Shown in pieces: positions 38,121-48,506 of a stretch of 64,000 nucleotides of DNA. The notes below the pieces were generated by a model. The model searched no databases. It saw nothing but the letters and a program-made list of their open reading frames with translations, and was not told the DNA's origin. How positions within the stretch are numbered: the first letter of the stretch is position 1; every line of letters starts with the position of its first letter. A program made the translations under genes and the position numbers. The DNA is taken from IMG/VR virus record IMGVR_UViG_3300009011_000001, positions 62,001-126,000 of that record; one strand, 5' to 3'.

Positions 38121-39941
38121 ATGAAGAAGTTTCAAACCCCTCAGGAGATTGATGCCTACTTACGCACAATCCCAAAAGAGCGGATCGTTGCTAAAGAAAT
38201 CAAACATGGCACCTACACCACTCACTCTGAAGAAGGCGTCTTTGATGACGCCATTGTTGCCAAGATGTGGGTTACCTTAGACAATGGAGAACGTTACCCT
38301 ACAATCGTAATTCCCGAAAACTACGAACGCCCCTTTTGGATTACCAAACCAGATTTCCGTCGTAACCAGCCAGAAAAGATTCAGTTCGAATTCCTTCATC
38401 GGCTAGACAAGTTCAAAGCAACTCAACGAAATCTTCGCCGTGAGATCTGCAGCAAGTTAGGTTACGGTTCACCCGGCCTCCCTTTGCGGCAGATTGCGCG
38501 CAGCCAATACCTGTACGGTACCGACCCAGGTCCTGAGGTCTTCCTCAAGCAGGCTTACATGGATCGCTGGCCGACAGCCTTCCAACCAAACGCTGTGTCT
38601 GTAATCGACGTTGAGACCGATGTGAACGGGTTGCTGGATCCAGTCAAGCAACTCCCGATCCTTTGGTCTGAAGTAAACGACGATGAGGTTATCGTCTACG
38701 TTAACGAACAATGGTCGTACGACGTTCCGAACTACGAAGAACTGCTGCGCGAAGATTACAATGCCATCATTCCGCAATGGGTAGATGGTTTGCGTAATAA
38801 GGTCAAAGACAAAGAGACCGGCGAATACCCGGATTGGGTAGATAGCATCTTACGGATGAAGTTCACCGTACGGATGTTGCCAAGTCAGTATCACATCACC
38901 GATAGCATGTTGCAGCACTTGCACATGACCCAACCGGACATCGTGACTGGCTGGAACGTGTTCTTCGACTTTAAGCGCGCTGCTGAATCGATTGAACACG
39001 CTGGTCGAAATGTTAGCCAGGCGTTTTCCGATCCTCGCGTTCCAATGCATTACCAGCGACTGACGTTCCGTGAAGGTCCGCAATCTAAGCTGACGTCTTC
39101 CGGTAAGTCGATGCGACTCGACCCACAGGAACAGTGGCACGTTGTACTGTCGACCTCCTCATTCCGCATCCTGGACTCGATGCAGATCTACTGGCAGCTT
39201 CGTAAGGCTAAAGGTAAAGAATCGGGTGGCTACGGCCTGGGGGCGGTTCTTGACCGTCAATTGTCTATTGGTAAGCTGCATCACGCAACCGAAGACAGCT
39301 CGATCCCAGAAGGCACGCTCCACTGGCACATGGAGATGCAGCTCAAGTACAAAGTACGGTACGGTTCCTATAACGCCGTCGACTCCATTGGCGTATGGGT
39401 ACTGAACAAAAAGAACGATGACCTGAGTAGCCAGATCTCTACCTTGGCTGGTTCGCTCGACTATTCGAACTTTAACTCTCAGCCAAAGATCAACTCGACT
39501 GACATGCTCTTCTCCGTAATGAAGAAGAGTAAACGTGTAATCTGTTCGACGTCCGACCAGATGAAAACGAAGTTGGATGAGAAACTCATTGGTCGTGATG
39601 GATGGATCGTAACGTTTCCTTCCCACAACGTTGAGAGTACCGGCCTGTTCCTCTTCGAAGACATGCCTGAAGTGCAGTCCATGCTTCACATGTTCAACGC
39701 GGATGCTGACGTGGAGACCACTTACCCGATTGCAGGTATCATTCAGAACGTTGCAAAAGAAACGACTCTGGTGGAACCTTGCCGTATTCAGGGCGTGCCT
39801 CCATCCGTACAACGACTCATCTCGGTCAACATGTCTGGTGGTCGAGTCAATGCCATTGAAATCATGCAAGCAACCTGCAAGATCCCAGCTCTTGATCTGT
39901 GGGTAGAAGAAGCTCGTAAGGATTTCGCTAAGGCGGCGTAA
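38121..39941 (+). CDS. Family B DNA polymerase, exonuclease plus motif A subunit (gp82-like)
   Basis: IDVETD (ExoI), GWNVFFD (ExoII), YNAVDS (ExoIII) and DADVETTYP (motif A). Confidence 0.88.
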   Translation: MKKFQTPQEIDAYLRTIPKERIVAKEIKHGTYTTHSEEGVFDDAIVAKMWVTLDNGERYPTIVIPENYERPFWITKPDFRRNQPEKIQFEFLHRLDKFKATQRNLRREICSKLGYGSPGLPLRQIARSQYLYGTDPGPEVFLKQAYMDRWPTAFQPNAVSVIDVETDVNGLLDPVKQLPILWSEVNDDEVIVYVNEQWSYDVPNYEELLREDYNAIIPQWVDGLRNKVKDKETGEYPDWVDSILRMKFTVRMLPSQYHITDSMLQHLHMTQPDIVTGWNVFFDFKRAAESIEHAGRNVSQAFSDPRVPMHYQRLTFREGPQSKLTSSGKSMRLDPQEQWHVVLSTSSFRILDSMQIYWQLRKAKGKESGGYGLGAVLDRQLSIGKLHHATEDSSIPEGTLHWHMEMQLKYKVRYGSYNAVDSIGVWVLNKKNDDLSSQISTLAGSLDYSNFNSQPKINSTDMLFSVMKKSKRVICSTSDQMKTKLDEKLIGRDGWIVTFPSHNVESTGLFLFEDMPEVQSMLHMFNADADVETTYPIAGIIQNVAKETTLVEPCRIQGVPPSVQRLISVNMSGGRVNAIEIMQATCKIPALDLWVEEARKDFAKAA

Positions 39942-39952
39942 ATGGAGGTTCT

Positions 39953-40180
39953 ATGAAACTTGGCTTCTATCAAGTAATGGCAGGGTCGATAACTGATCAA
40001 AGCGATCAGATCCGGAAAGCGTTTACCCACATGTGTCGCGGGCGTCATGAAGGCGTGCTCATGTGTAGTGATGAAAAACGCTGCCGCTACTGCACTCCGA
40101 TCGAAGAGCATGAAGAAGACCATCCTCTGTTCTGGAAAGGCAACAGACCGGTCTACAACGAAGACGGTAGTTGGAAGTAA
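39953..40180 (+). CDS. Small Cys/His-rich hypothetical protein
   Basis: 75 aa; GGAGG RBS; followed by a terminator. Confidence 0.65.
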   Translation: MKLGFYQVMAGSITDQSDQIRKAFTHMCRGRHEGVLMCSDEKRCRYCTPIEEHEEDHPLFWKGNRPVYNEDGSWK

Positions 40181-40187
40181 CCAAAGC

Positions 40188-40226
40188 GACATACAGCCCG
40201 GCCATTGCGGCCGGGCTGTATGCTGT
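40188..40226. terminator. Bidirectional CATA-hairpin-TATG element
   Basis: catacagcccggcc-attgc-ggccgggctgtatg. Confidence 0.85.
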
Positions 40227-43175
40227 TTACGTGCGAGAAGTGTGACGACGGAAGTTGACCTCGATGCCATCAACAACTGCGTACGAGCCATCCGGCTGGT
40301 AGGTCAGAGACTTAGCCAAGCACAGACGAGAAGTTTCATCCAGCAGCGTGATGATGTTGAAGTTGTTCTCTTCACCACCAAGACCGCTCAAGTCAGCGCT
40401 GATCATGTCCTCGCCCAACACTTCACGAACAGAAGCTTCGAGAGCATCGCGAGCAATCTCAACGCCGTCAAGGCCATCGACAATCTTCTGAATAGCTGCC
40501 TTCTCCATGGCATCGCGCAGATCGTTGTCGGCGTAGACTTCTTTCGTAACGTAGATGTCGAGTTTCAGGAACTGAGCCGTGTGCAGAGTAATCCGCTGAC
40601 TATCCTCAACCAGACATTCGACAAACTTCAGCGTGTTGCGAGGCTGGAAGAAGATCTCGGTCTCATCGAGGGTTGCTTTGCGGATAGGGCCCAGCGTGTC
40701 ATTGATCCATTCCACAAGGATCTTCGGCACCTCACGACGGTACGACACATCGTTTACGTCAGATGCGTAGCGGTAGACGCCGTCGAACAGCACGATGTCC
40801 CACCAACGAATGACGTTACGTTCGGACTCCATGATTGGGTTGCCATGCTCATCCATGATGGCAGAACCTTTCTCATGCAGAACAATCGGCTGACCATCCG
40901 AGTTGATCTTCTGCGTGCCTTTTGCATACTGGATCTTCAGACGTTTAACGCCATCTACCTCTTCGATGATTGGCATCTTGGTCACTGGGTCTTTTTCGTA
41001 AACGTCCACATCCCAGAAAGCAAACACATCGGCAGGGTAGGTCAGGAACTTACGCAGACCGATCATGCTTCGTGCCATTGCCCACAGGCCGGTGAGTTCG
41101 TCACCGAAATGGAGGCGCAGGGTTTCGTAGTAAACGCCTACGGTATTGTCAGGCAGAAGGAATTTCCCCAGCACGTCATCGACGACACCACGTTCAAACC
41201 CAGGGACTGTGTAATCAGACACCGACCAGATGACAGACATGTCGTTGATCAACGGCGTTGGGTAGTCGCGTTCAATCGGTTCGAACATGTTGAAGTTGGT
41301 GGTGATCAAACGATGCTCGTCGACATTGACAACCTCGACGTCCCAACGCGATTTCACCACAAACTCAAACACACGCTCACCGCCATCGCCAACGATTTGC
41401 GTGCCGTTGATGTACGCCAGAGATTTCTCACCTGGAGGCATGTACGCCATCTGCACATGCACCTGATCGTCACGCAGGGCTTTCCACACATCGTTGGAAA
41501 TCGACTGAATGCGAATCACGAAGCCATCGTCGGTGTAGGTGATCGAACGGGTCGTGCTACTGCTGATGGTCAGGCCGAGGGTATCGTTGCTGCCCTTGTA
41601 CGAACTGGACTCGATCTCAGGAGCGGAGAAGAAATAAGGCCGCGCCCTGAAACTGTTGTTCGTCGTATCCAGCACGTAATGCAGAGGCGTGTAGAGATAC
41701 GTGCCATCGCTCACAGTGTTCACCAGAGCGTCGCCAGACAGCGCTGCCAGTTTGGCAAGGTCATCATCGGAAACAATGGTTAAAATGCCGTCAATGTAAC
41801 GATAGAGCGTTTTAGGCAACACTGTGAGGCGCTGCCCATTGTCGATGATGGTGGAGTGCGTCAACAAATCCGTAATGCTAGACTTGTAGGTCACCACCGC
41901 CGTATCGATCCCCGTCGTTACTTGCCCTTGAGTGTTGTCGGGCATTGCGCGAGTGGCGAGGTAGGTCCGATGGCTGAGGTCATCGATGTTCATCGAAGCT
42001 TCAAAGCCCAGCGTGCTCAATGCAGTGCCAACCTGAGCGTTGCTGATCGGGAGAACCTGCGGACCTGTAGCGTTCGTTTGAATGCGCTGACGACGTTCGG
42101 CAAACGTTGGAGCATTTGCACCACCGCTGGCAATGTCGCTACTGGCTACAGTGATGGTGCTCATCTGTGCCAATGGAGCGATGTAGATGTTGTTCTCGTC
42201 GTTATCGAGGTCACGCCAGTTGCTGATGTACGATGCCGGAGTCAGACCACCCAATGCCAAGTTCAATGGACCCTTGGTGGTGTAGACGTCAACCCGGATA
42301 TCGTGAGTCACCAAGCTGGTGGCGTAGTACACGTACGGCAGCTCAATAGTCAGCTGATTATCAGCCACGGTAAGTAGCAGGGTCGGATCAGTTGGATCGA
42401 ACGACTGTTGGCTGTGGGTCGTCTTGATCTCTTTCCAAACGCCCTGATTGTTGTTGACGAAAGCTCGACCGTAGTAGAACGAATCAGTCAACGGAACAGT
42501 GGTCAGCAGAACCTTCGAACCTACCAGACTGTACTTGTAGGTCGTCAGCAACATCTGCTTCAACTTAGTACGAACTCGGATCAGGCGAACAGGACCCTTG
42601 TTGTTCTCAGTGATGAAGACCGTGACCGGTTCCCAGTCGACCTTGTTACCCGCCAGAGATTGCAGCGGGGAAGGCTGACTGCCGTCGTAGACCACATCGA
42701 TTGCACCGTGGGCCTTGACGATGAAGTTGATCGGGTACTGGAACGTGAACGTCATTCCGTTCGTGGTGATCTGCGAGTAGCGCGGCAGAACCAAACGACG
42801 GGTAGACGTATCACCCACCTTAACCGCGTACTTCAGAATTTCTTCTTCGGCGATATAGATGTCGAACCATGCACTGCCCGGAGATGCGAACATCCCTTCA
42901 TAGTCAACGTCAGATGCGTGCAGGTAGATCTCTTCTTCCGACTGAGCCGTTTCAGGATACTGGCGCCGGTCAAGGTTCTCGTCTTCCTGAATAGCAGCGT
43001 AACCGGTCAGGATCGAAACCTCTTCCAGATAAGGAAAAGGCATCGAAGGATCGAGCACCATGTCTTCGCCATCGAACAACCGGTTCGTGTAGTTGGCAAT
43101 CAGAACTGACAGGCGAGTGGGCTCGTAACGGACGGCTGCCATGTCAGCCAGAATTTCAGCACTTGTAATCGTCAT
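40227..43175 (-). CDS. Large virion tail/baseplate protein (gp87-like)
   Basis: 982 aa; beta-rich; ASGGANAPTFAERR segment reminiscent of baseplate wedge proteins; synteny. Confidence 0.75.
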   Translation of the reverse strand: MTITSAEILADMAAVRYEPTRLSVLIANYTNRLFDGEDMVLDPSMPFPYLEEVSILTGYAAIQEDENLDRRQYPETAQSEEEIYLHASDVDYEGMFASPGSAWFDIYIAEEEILKYAVKVGDTSTRRLVLPRYSQITTNGMTFTFQYPINFIVKAHGAIDVVYDGSQPSPLQSLAGNKVDWEPVTVFITENNKGPVRLIRVRTKLKQMLLTTYKYSLVGSKVLLTTVPLTDSFYYGRAFVNNNQGVWKEIKTTHSQQSFDPTDPTLLLTVADNQLTIELPYVYYATSLVTHDIRVDVYTTKGPLNLALGGLTPASYISNWRDLDNDENNIYIAPLAQMSTITVASSDIASGGANAPTFAERRQRIQTNATGPQVLPISNAQVGTALSTLGFEASMNIDDLSHRTYLATRAMPDNTQGQVTTGIDTAVVTYKSSITDLLTHSTIIDNGQRLTVLPKTLYRYIDGILTIVSDDDLAKLAALSGDALVNTVSDGTYLYTPLHYVLDTTNNSFRARPYFFSAPEIESSSYKGSNDTLGLTISSSTTRSITYTDDGFVIRIQSISNDVWKALRDDQVHVQMAYMPPGEKSLAYINGTQIVGDGGERVFEFVVKSRWDVEVVNVDEHRLITTNFNMFEPIERDYPTPLINDMSVIWSVSDYTVPGFERGVVDDVLGKFLLPDNTVGVYYETLRLHFGDELTGLWAMARSMIGLRKFLTYPADVFAFWDVDVYEKDPVTKMPIIEEVDGVKRLKIQYAKGTQKINSDGQPIVLHEKGSAIMDEHGNPIMESERNVIRWWDIVLFDGVYRYASDVNDVSYRREVPKILVEWINDTLGPIRKATLDETEIFFQPRNTLKFVECLVEDSQRITLHTAQFLKLDIYVTKEVYADNDLRDAMEKAAIQKIVDGLDGVEIARDALEASVREVLGEDMISADLSGLGGEENNFNIITLLDETSRLCLAKSLTYQPDGSYAVVDGIEVNFRRHTSRT

Positions 43176-43178
43176 TTA

Positions 43179-44249
43179 TCAGAGCCCCTTAATCAGGTTC
43201 TTGTACGTTTCGTTTTCCACCCACCACTCGAACTCCATGGTTGCAAGGTTGATCCATGGATATCCGTGGTAGTTGGTAGCCGCCGTGTAGGACCTGTCAA
43301 CTTTGGTGTAATAGAGTTTGCGCTTGTCGTCACCCATCAAAGGGTTTGCGCGAGCAATGCGGAGGTTGAACTCGTACAGCTGAATAGGGTCGTTATAAAC
43401 AGCCCCCACACAAGCAAACTGCACAGAGTAAGATTTGTTCTCGAACTCGTAGCCCTCCTCTCGGTTGTATGCCATCCCGGCACCCATTGAAAGGTTGGTA
43501 GGGAACGAGGCTCCGGTGTGGAACCATTGTTCGATCTTCCGTCCTGTCGTGTCGAACTTGAAACGCTCGATGCGAGTGAAGTAGTCCATCTTGTCAAGAC
43601 GACGACTCTCAGGGTGAGGAATGATAGGACCCACCCGCAGATAACCGATGTAGTTGATCCACGAATGCAGAGCCAAGCCGATGCAATTACCGCGAATGTT
43701 ATTGAGGGTGACGGTCAGGTCGTATCGGCCGTTGTATTGCGAAATGCCATCGTTCATGATCCACACTTCTTTAGCCATGCCCTCAGGCGAGCTATAGACG
43801 TTAAGCGCAATGTCCGGAGGAGAAGACATTGTCTGGATCAGGTTTGTGAACAGCGTCAGGTACGGCATCCGACGATCCACCAACGGAGATTCTGCAGCTC
43901 CTTTATAGGTGGTGGGGTCGAGCATCATCCGAACAGCGTACTGATAGCTGGTGGGGTCCTGAACGTACAAGGCCGCCAATTCCCGCACTGTGGCAATGTT
44001 ATCGTATGACAAATTGAGATTGGGTCTCGTGAATAACACGAGGCCTTGATCTTCTCGATGCAATGGCAGAGGCGGTAAGTTCGAAAGACGGTTAAGTCCG
44101 TAGAACACATCCGCATATCGACCGTACTCACTACCCCCACCCATACTGCGGGAGATGTTATCCATGACCGCGTATTGATCGGCCAAGCCCTGGTTGTCTG
44201 CAACGTATTGCATCAGCTTGGAGTAGTAGAAATCTTCAGAAGCACCCAT
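43179..44249 (-). CDS. Virion structural protein (gp88-like, possibly tail-tube/baseplate fold)
   Basis: 356 aa; LFTRPNLNLS segment; synteny. Confidence 0.75.
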   Translation of the reverse strand: MGASEDFYYSKLMQYVADNQGLADQYAVMDNISRSMGGGSEYGRYADVFYGLNRLSNLPPLPLHREDQGLVLFTRPNLNLSYDNIATVRELAALYVQDPTSYQYAVRMMLDPTTYKGAAESPLVDRRMPYLTLFTNLIQTMSSPPDIALNVYSSPEGMAKEVWIMNDGISQYNGRYDLTVTLNNIRGNCIGLALHSWINYIGYLRVGPIIPHPESRRLDKMDYFTRIERFKFDTTGRKIEQWFHTGASFPTNLSMGAGMAYNREEGYEFENKSYSVQFACVGAVYNDPIQLYEFNLRIARANPLMGDDKRKLYYTKVDRSYTAATNYHGYPWINLATMEFEWWVENETYKNLIKGL

Positions 44250-44310
44250 AAACCAGCCTCACTAAGTTGCAAATTCGTTTGAACACAAAATCGGGGTATG
44301 AGGAGAAACG

Positions 44311-45576
44311 ATGAATATCTCTGGAATTCTTTCGGCAGCAGGTTCTGCTGCTAAAGTTGGCGGTCTCGCGCTGGGTGGGCATTTGGCTTATCGGGCCAGT
44401 GAGAAGCTGTTGGAAAAGACCGTCGACACTACCGTCGATAAAGCCATCGATGCGATCCTCAATGCGTGGAGTCGTGGCGCTGGTCAGAGTCTGGCAAGCT
44501 ACGGCCAGTCCCTGCGCGTTGAACCGTACACGCTGCTCGATAGCCGCGTTGTTCGCCTGCCGTACATGAAGGACATCCTGAACGTTGGTCAGCGTCATTT
44601 CAGCTGCCTCTACCTGATGGCTCAGGCCAGCGACAACACCATCAACGGTGTTAAAGTTTCTCAGCGCATCGACAAGTTTTCTCCTGACCGCAACCTGCAA
44701 ATGGCGACTGCCGACTTCCTGCAGGGCAAAGGCGGTAAGAACTGGCTTTCGACCGAGTCATATCAATTCGGATTGCCATTCCCGTCTGAGGCTGACGGCT
44801 TTGCCCGCTTCGGCACTTACAGCAGCGAAGCCGCAATCCCTGGCCAGAAAGACGCCGGTTCTCAGAAAGAGCGCGAAGAAGAGCAGCGCAAGAAATCCGT
44901 TGCTTTCTCGAACAACACCGCAAAAGCGATTCAGGATGTTTCCGACCTGTCCATCGGTCAGGTAATCGACGTCAACGTTACCGACGGCAAGCATAGCACC
45001 GTGCTGCCAGTTCAGATCCGTCTGCGCACCATCGGCATGGAACCTGTGTCCCTGGCTGAACTGCTGGCTCTGGGCGGTGAAGACAACAGCTTCGATGCTC
45101 GCTGGATGCGTTTCCGTGTGGGCGACCTGACCGGCTGGCGTAACCTGGTATTCCAAGCCGACCGTATCGACCGTTATCGCCGTGCCGCTCTGGCTGACAA
45201 GTCTGGCTACCTGCGTAAAGCTGTGAGCCGTGACAACAAAGCCCTGCTGGCCACTGCGCTGACTGGCGAACCTTCGGTAGGCGCCGCTTCGTCGATCTGC
45301 ATCATCTCGAAAGAGACTGCACGCGAAGCAGAAGAACTGATGAACGGCCGTCTGAACGACTTCGCTACTCGTCAGTCGATCTTCGACCAGGGTCTGATGC
45401 TGTTGCTGTTTGTGGTTGACGCTGACCACGAAACCCTCACCATCTACACCCGCGATATCGACCATCACGCCACCTACTCGATTCGTGACGTGAAGTCTTC
45501 CAGCAACGAAGCGAAGTCGGATCTCACCGACGTTATGCGTTCGTACCTGGAAGGCCGTATCCCAGGCCGCCTGTAA
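44311..45576 (+). CDS. Head/inner-body protein (gp89-like)
   Basis: 421 aa; STE and SSE cleavage-type sites; TATG and GAGGAG upstream. Confidence 0.75.
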   Translation: MNISGILSAAGSAAKVGGLALGGHLAYRASEKLLEKTVDTTVDKAIDAILNAWSRGAGQSLASYGQSLRVEPYTLLDSRVVRLPYMKDILNVGQRHFSCLYLMAQASDNTINGVKVSQRIDKFSPDRNLQMATADFLQGKGGKNWLSTESYQFGLPFPSEADGFARFGTYSSEAAIPGQKDAGSQKEREEEQRKKSVAFSNNTAKAIQDVSDLSIGQVIDVNVTDGKHSTVLPVQIRLRTIGMEPVSLAELLALGGEDNSFDARWMRFRVGDLTGWRNLVFQADRIDRYRRAALADKSGYLRKAVSRDNKALLATALTGEPSVGAASSICIISKETAREAEELMNGRLNDFATRQSIFDQGLMLLLFVVDADHETLTIYTRDIDHHATYSIRDVKSSSNEAKSDLTDVMRSYLEGRIPGRL

Positions 45577-45602
45577 TCACTTCCTGAAGAGCACCTAAAC
45601 TC

Positions 45603-46505
45603 ATGAACATTGTCGAGTTCCTGAAGAACATCATGCCGTCCTTTGGTAAAAAGGATGTGCGTGAAAAAATCCGCGTCACCATCAGCAAGATCACGGAGAT
45701 TGCCCAGCCTGCCGCTGAAGCAGCCTTCGACGATCTGGACGAGCGTAAGCCAAAGTCCAACTACTTCAAGGTGTTCATTCGCGAACTGCTGAATGAATCC
45801 TCGGCATCGGTGCGTAACCACGCATCGCCGTTCAAGCTGGTCTTGATGACAGCTCTGAACAACGGCCAGAAGTTGATGACGATGATCGAGTCGTACGTTG
45901 ACAAGAACGTGCCCTCGACCGTCCACATCGAAGGTACGACCTATCAGACGGGCTCCGTGCTCAGGCTGATTGAGTTGTTGGACTTCCTGGCTGACTACAC
46001 CCTCCGAAACCTGAACATGATCGTGGCTTCGGAAACCGAGATCGAGGCGTTCGATAAACCGGATATGAATCCGTCGACGCCTTTCGAACTCAAGTACCTG
46101 CTGGCCCACCGTGACGCTTACTTCAAGGTAATGTTCCTCCTCGCCAAAGATCCGAAAGCGATCATGGCGATGATTAACGATCTGCCTGAAATCACGATGG
46201 GTGACGTCGACGGCTCCACCATGCCGGCTTTGGCCGGTGCTCAGGGCGATCCTCTGCAACTGGGGATCATCCCGGTGGTTTCGACGATCTTCCACAAGAT
46301 CGGCATTGTGCTAGTTAACTATGAGCTCGATCGTTACGACCGTGCTCTGAAAGACAAGCGCGTTATCGAGATGCGTCTGGAGTCGTTGCGCAACCGCCGT
46401 AACGGTAACCCGGACGCCGCTGTCGAGACGGTCATTGACGGTTACGACCGTGAGCTGATCGTTCTGCGCCAGAAGATCTCCGACTATGAGGAACGTGCCA
46501 AATGA
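45603..46505 (+). CDS. Head/inner-body protein (gp90-like)
   Basis: 300 aa; C-terminal coiled coil; synteny. Confidence 0.75.
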   Translation: MNIVEFLKNIMPSFGKKDVREKIRVTISKITEIAQPAAEAAFDDLDERKPKSNYFKVFIRELLNESSASVRNHASPFKLVLMTALNNGQKLMTMIESYVDKNVPSTVHIEGTTYQTGSVLRLIELLDFLADYTLRNLNMIVASETEIEAFDKPDMNPSTPFELKYLLAHRDAYFKVMFLLAKDPKAIMAMINDLPEITMGDVDGSTMPALAGAQGDPLQLGIIPVVSTIFHKIGIVLVNYELDRYDRALKDKRVIEMRLESLRNRRNGNPDAAVETVIDGYDRELIVLRQKISDYEERAK

Positions 46506-47017
46506 GCATCGTCTATACCCATCGCGGTTTCCCGGTGGTGTTGGCGTTCTCAGGGCATATCGAAACCCTCTACGAGTCGCCGGACATCAGCGAGATCTAC
46601 CGCTCTCGCGCCAACCAGATCAGACCGAACTTTGATCTGGAGCTGCAACAAGTGGCTATTATGACAAAAGAGTGGTCGGTCACTCGTGGTTTCTTTGTCG
46701 GCGCTTTGGATCCGTCCTGCCGGATCGGTGGATCGGTTCAGGCTTTCATTGGCGAGACCGCCTTGTACCTGACCGGTCGCATCACTCGGCGCCGGATCTC
46801 TTTCCAAGATCGCGGAATGCTGATCAAGGAAGACTCGGTAACTACTGTGCGAGCGCCGTCGTTTACCGAAGCTGAAAGACTGGCAGTAGCTGAACTGGCT
46901 GCCATCGAACCTGAAGCTCTTATCCAGCTTTGGATCACCCGTGTCGGCGTGGACGACCTGTCGAGCACCCTACAGTTATATGTAGGCGACCGTTCACGCG
47001 CCTCGACGTTGCAATAA
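46502..47017 (+). CDS. Virion protein (gp91-like)
   Basis: 171 aa; 4-nt overlap with the previous gene. Confidence 0.7.
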   Translation: MSIVYTHRGFPVVLAFSGHIETLYESPDISEIYRSRANQIRPNFDLELQQVAIMTKEWSVTRGFFVGALDPSCRIGGSVQAFIGETALYLTGRITRRRISFQDRGMLIKEDSVTTVRAPSFTEAERLAVAELAAIEPEALIQLWITRVGVDDLSSTLQLYVGDRSRASTLQ

Positions 47018-47070
47018 GCGTATACGCTGCCGGTCTGCAACCGGCGTCAATCTCCAAGGGAGTTAAGTAA

Positions 47071-48417
47071 ATGAGTTCAGCTTTCGCTCGTGCGATGATG
47101 CAAATTTCGATCGAATCCGGTGAAGTACCGAAGCCGGAAGAAGATTACGATCACAGTGCCGTCGGCGCTGAAGAGTTCGTAGTCGTCACCGACGAAACCC
47201 AAACCGAACTGGAAGAAGCGGTTCAGGACACGGCTGAAAAAGTCGAGAAGATGGTTGAACACGACACTGCCGCCGAGAAAATCGTCGAAGCCGTGGACAG
47301 CCTGGAATCGATCTCCCGTCAACTGGACGCCGAACACGCCGCTGGCCGCCCACTGGTAGGCTTCGCCGTGCCTCTGACCAACCAGCTGATCGCCAGCTCG
47401 CTGGAAGGCCGCGACATCCCTGCCGGTATCTTCGAATCGGCGGTCATGTCGATCCAGGAATCCTTCGAAAACAACCGTTTCGAAGACTACTACACCGAAG
47501 CTGAAGAAAAGACCGAAGGTCTGATCGGCAAGCTGATGAACATGCTGCGCACCGCGTGGCAGTCGGTATGGACCTACGTCACCGAATTCTTCACCACCAT
47601 CGGCCGCTCCGGCACCGCCATCAAAAACGGCGGTACTCAGATCAAGCGTCTGGCTGCCAAGCTGGAAGGTGAAGTGAAGAAAGAAGAACTGAAGACCTCG
47701 GGCTATAATCTGCTCACCGTCGGCGGTTCTTTCAGCCCTGCTGCAGCCGTCAAGGCCGTGGACGACGGGTATACCAGCATCGCTCTGGCAGCTTTCGGTG
47801 AAATCACCGGCCTGGTGAAGCCATGGATCAACGGTGTCAGCCTGACCCCAACCGTCAAGGCCGTCAACCTGCAAGCCATGAACGGCACCCTGAAAGGCGC
47901 TTCCCACGCTCTGCCTGGCGGCTACACCGCCGAGCTGAAGCCTGGTGCTGGCGAAGGCGTTGCTGCCGTATCCGGCGCCAAGTTCGTGATCGCTGCTCCT
48001 GAAAAGAAAGCTGGCGTCGAGAAATCGGCTCCGCTGAGCAAGAGCGAACTGGAAGCTCTGGGCGGCGCGCTGGAAGCTCTGGGTTCCCGTCTGGTGGAAT
48101 CGAAGAAATCCGGTACCGTCACCCTGAACGCTCAGAAAACTCTGCTGAGCGAAGTCGACACCAAGCTGAAAGGCATCAAGGGCGAAGACAAAGACGGCGC
48201 GAAGAAAGCTCGTGCCATCGTGTCCGAAGTGTCCAAGGCGCTCCAGGCCGGTAAGACCATCATCCCTACCTATCTGGACTTCGCTTCGAAGGTCGGCAAG
48301 CAGGGTTACAACTTCGGCAAGGCGTCCCTGGGCGCCTACGGCAAGAAAGTTGAAGAGAAAGGCACTGGCGACGACGCTAACAAAGGCGACGCCGGCAAGG
48401 GCAACGCTGCCGAGTAA
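47071..48417 (+). CDS. phiKZ-like internal head (inner body) protein
   Basis: Acidic propeptide with SIE, SLE, SFE and YTE sites, then a basic Ala/Lys-rich mature region; strong codon bias. Confidence 0.85.
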   Translation: MSSAFARAMMQISIESGEVPKPEEDYDHSAVGAEEFVVVTDETQTELEEAVQDTAEKVEKMVEHDTAAEKIVEAVDSLESISRQLDAEHAAGRPLVGFAVPLTNQLIASSLEGRDIPAGIFESAVMSIQESFENNRFEDYYTEAEEKTEGLIGKLMNMLRTAWQSVWTYVTEFFTTIGRSGTAIKNGGTQIKRLAAKLEGEVKKEELKTSGYNLLTVGGSFSPAAAVKAVDDGYTSIALAAFGEITGLVKPWINGVSLTPTVKAVNLQAMNGTLKGASHALPGGYTAELKPGAGEGVAAVSGAKFVIAAPEKKAGVEKSAPLSKSELEALGGALEALGSRLVESKKSGTVTLNAQKTLLSEVDTKLKGIKGEDKDGAKKARAIVSEVSKALQAGKTIIPTYLDFASKVGKQGYNFGKASLGAYGKKVEEKGTGDDANKGDAGKGNAAE

Positions 48418-48434
48418 TTCGGTGCGCTGAGCTA

Positions 48435-48472
48435 AACATAGAGCCGGGCTTCGTGCCCGGCTCTATGCTGTT
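48435..48472 (+). terminator. CATA-hairpin-TATG element
   Basis: catagagccgggc-ttcgt-gcccggctctatg. Confidence 0.8.
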
Positions 48473-48506
48473 CTCTATGGTATAACCCACAAATAGGACA
48501 CCGGCC

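Noticed and set aside
40047-41783. 578-aa plus-strand ORF (also 57207..58718, 58856..59848, 59900..61264, 61301..62581 and the minus-strand 52648..54123)
   Set aside because: Antisense shadows of well-supported structural genes; some run through terminators
44296-44299. Isolated TATG late-promoter candidates (also near 38087, 48476 and 62645)
   Set aside because: A 4-nt motif cannot be called individually without TSS data
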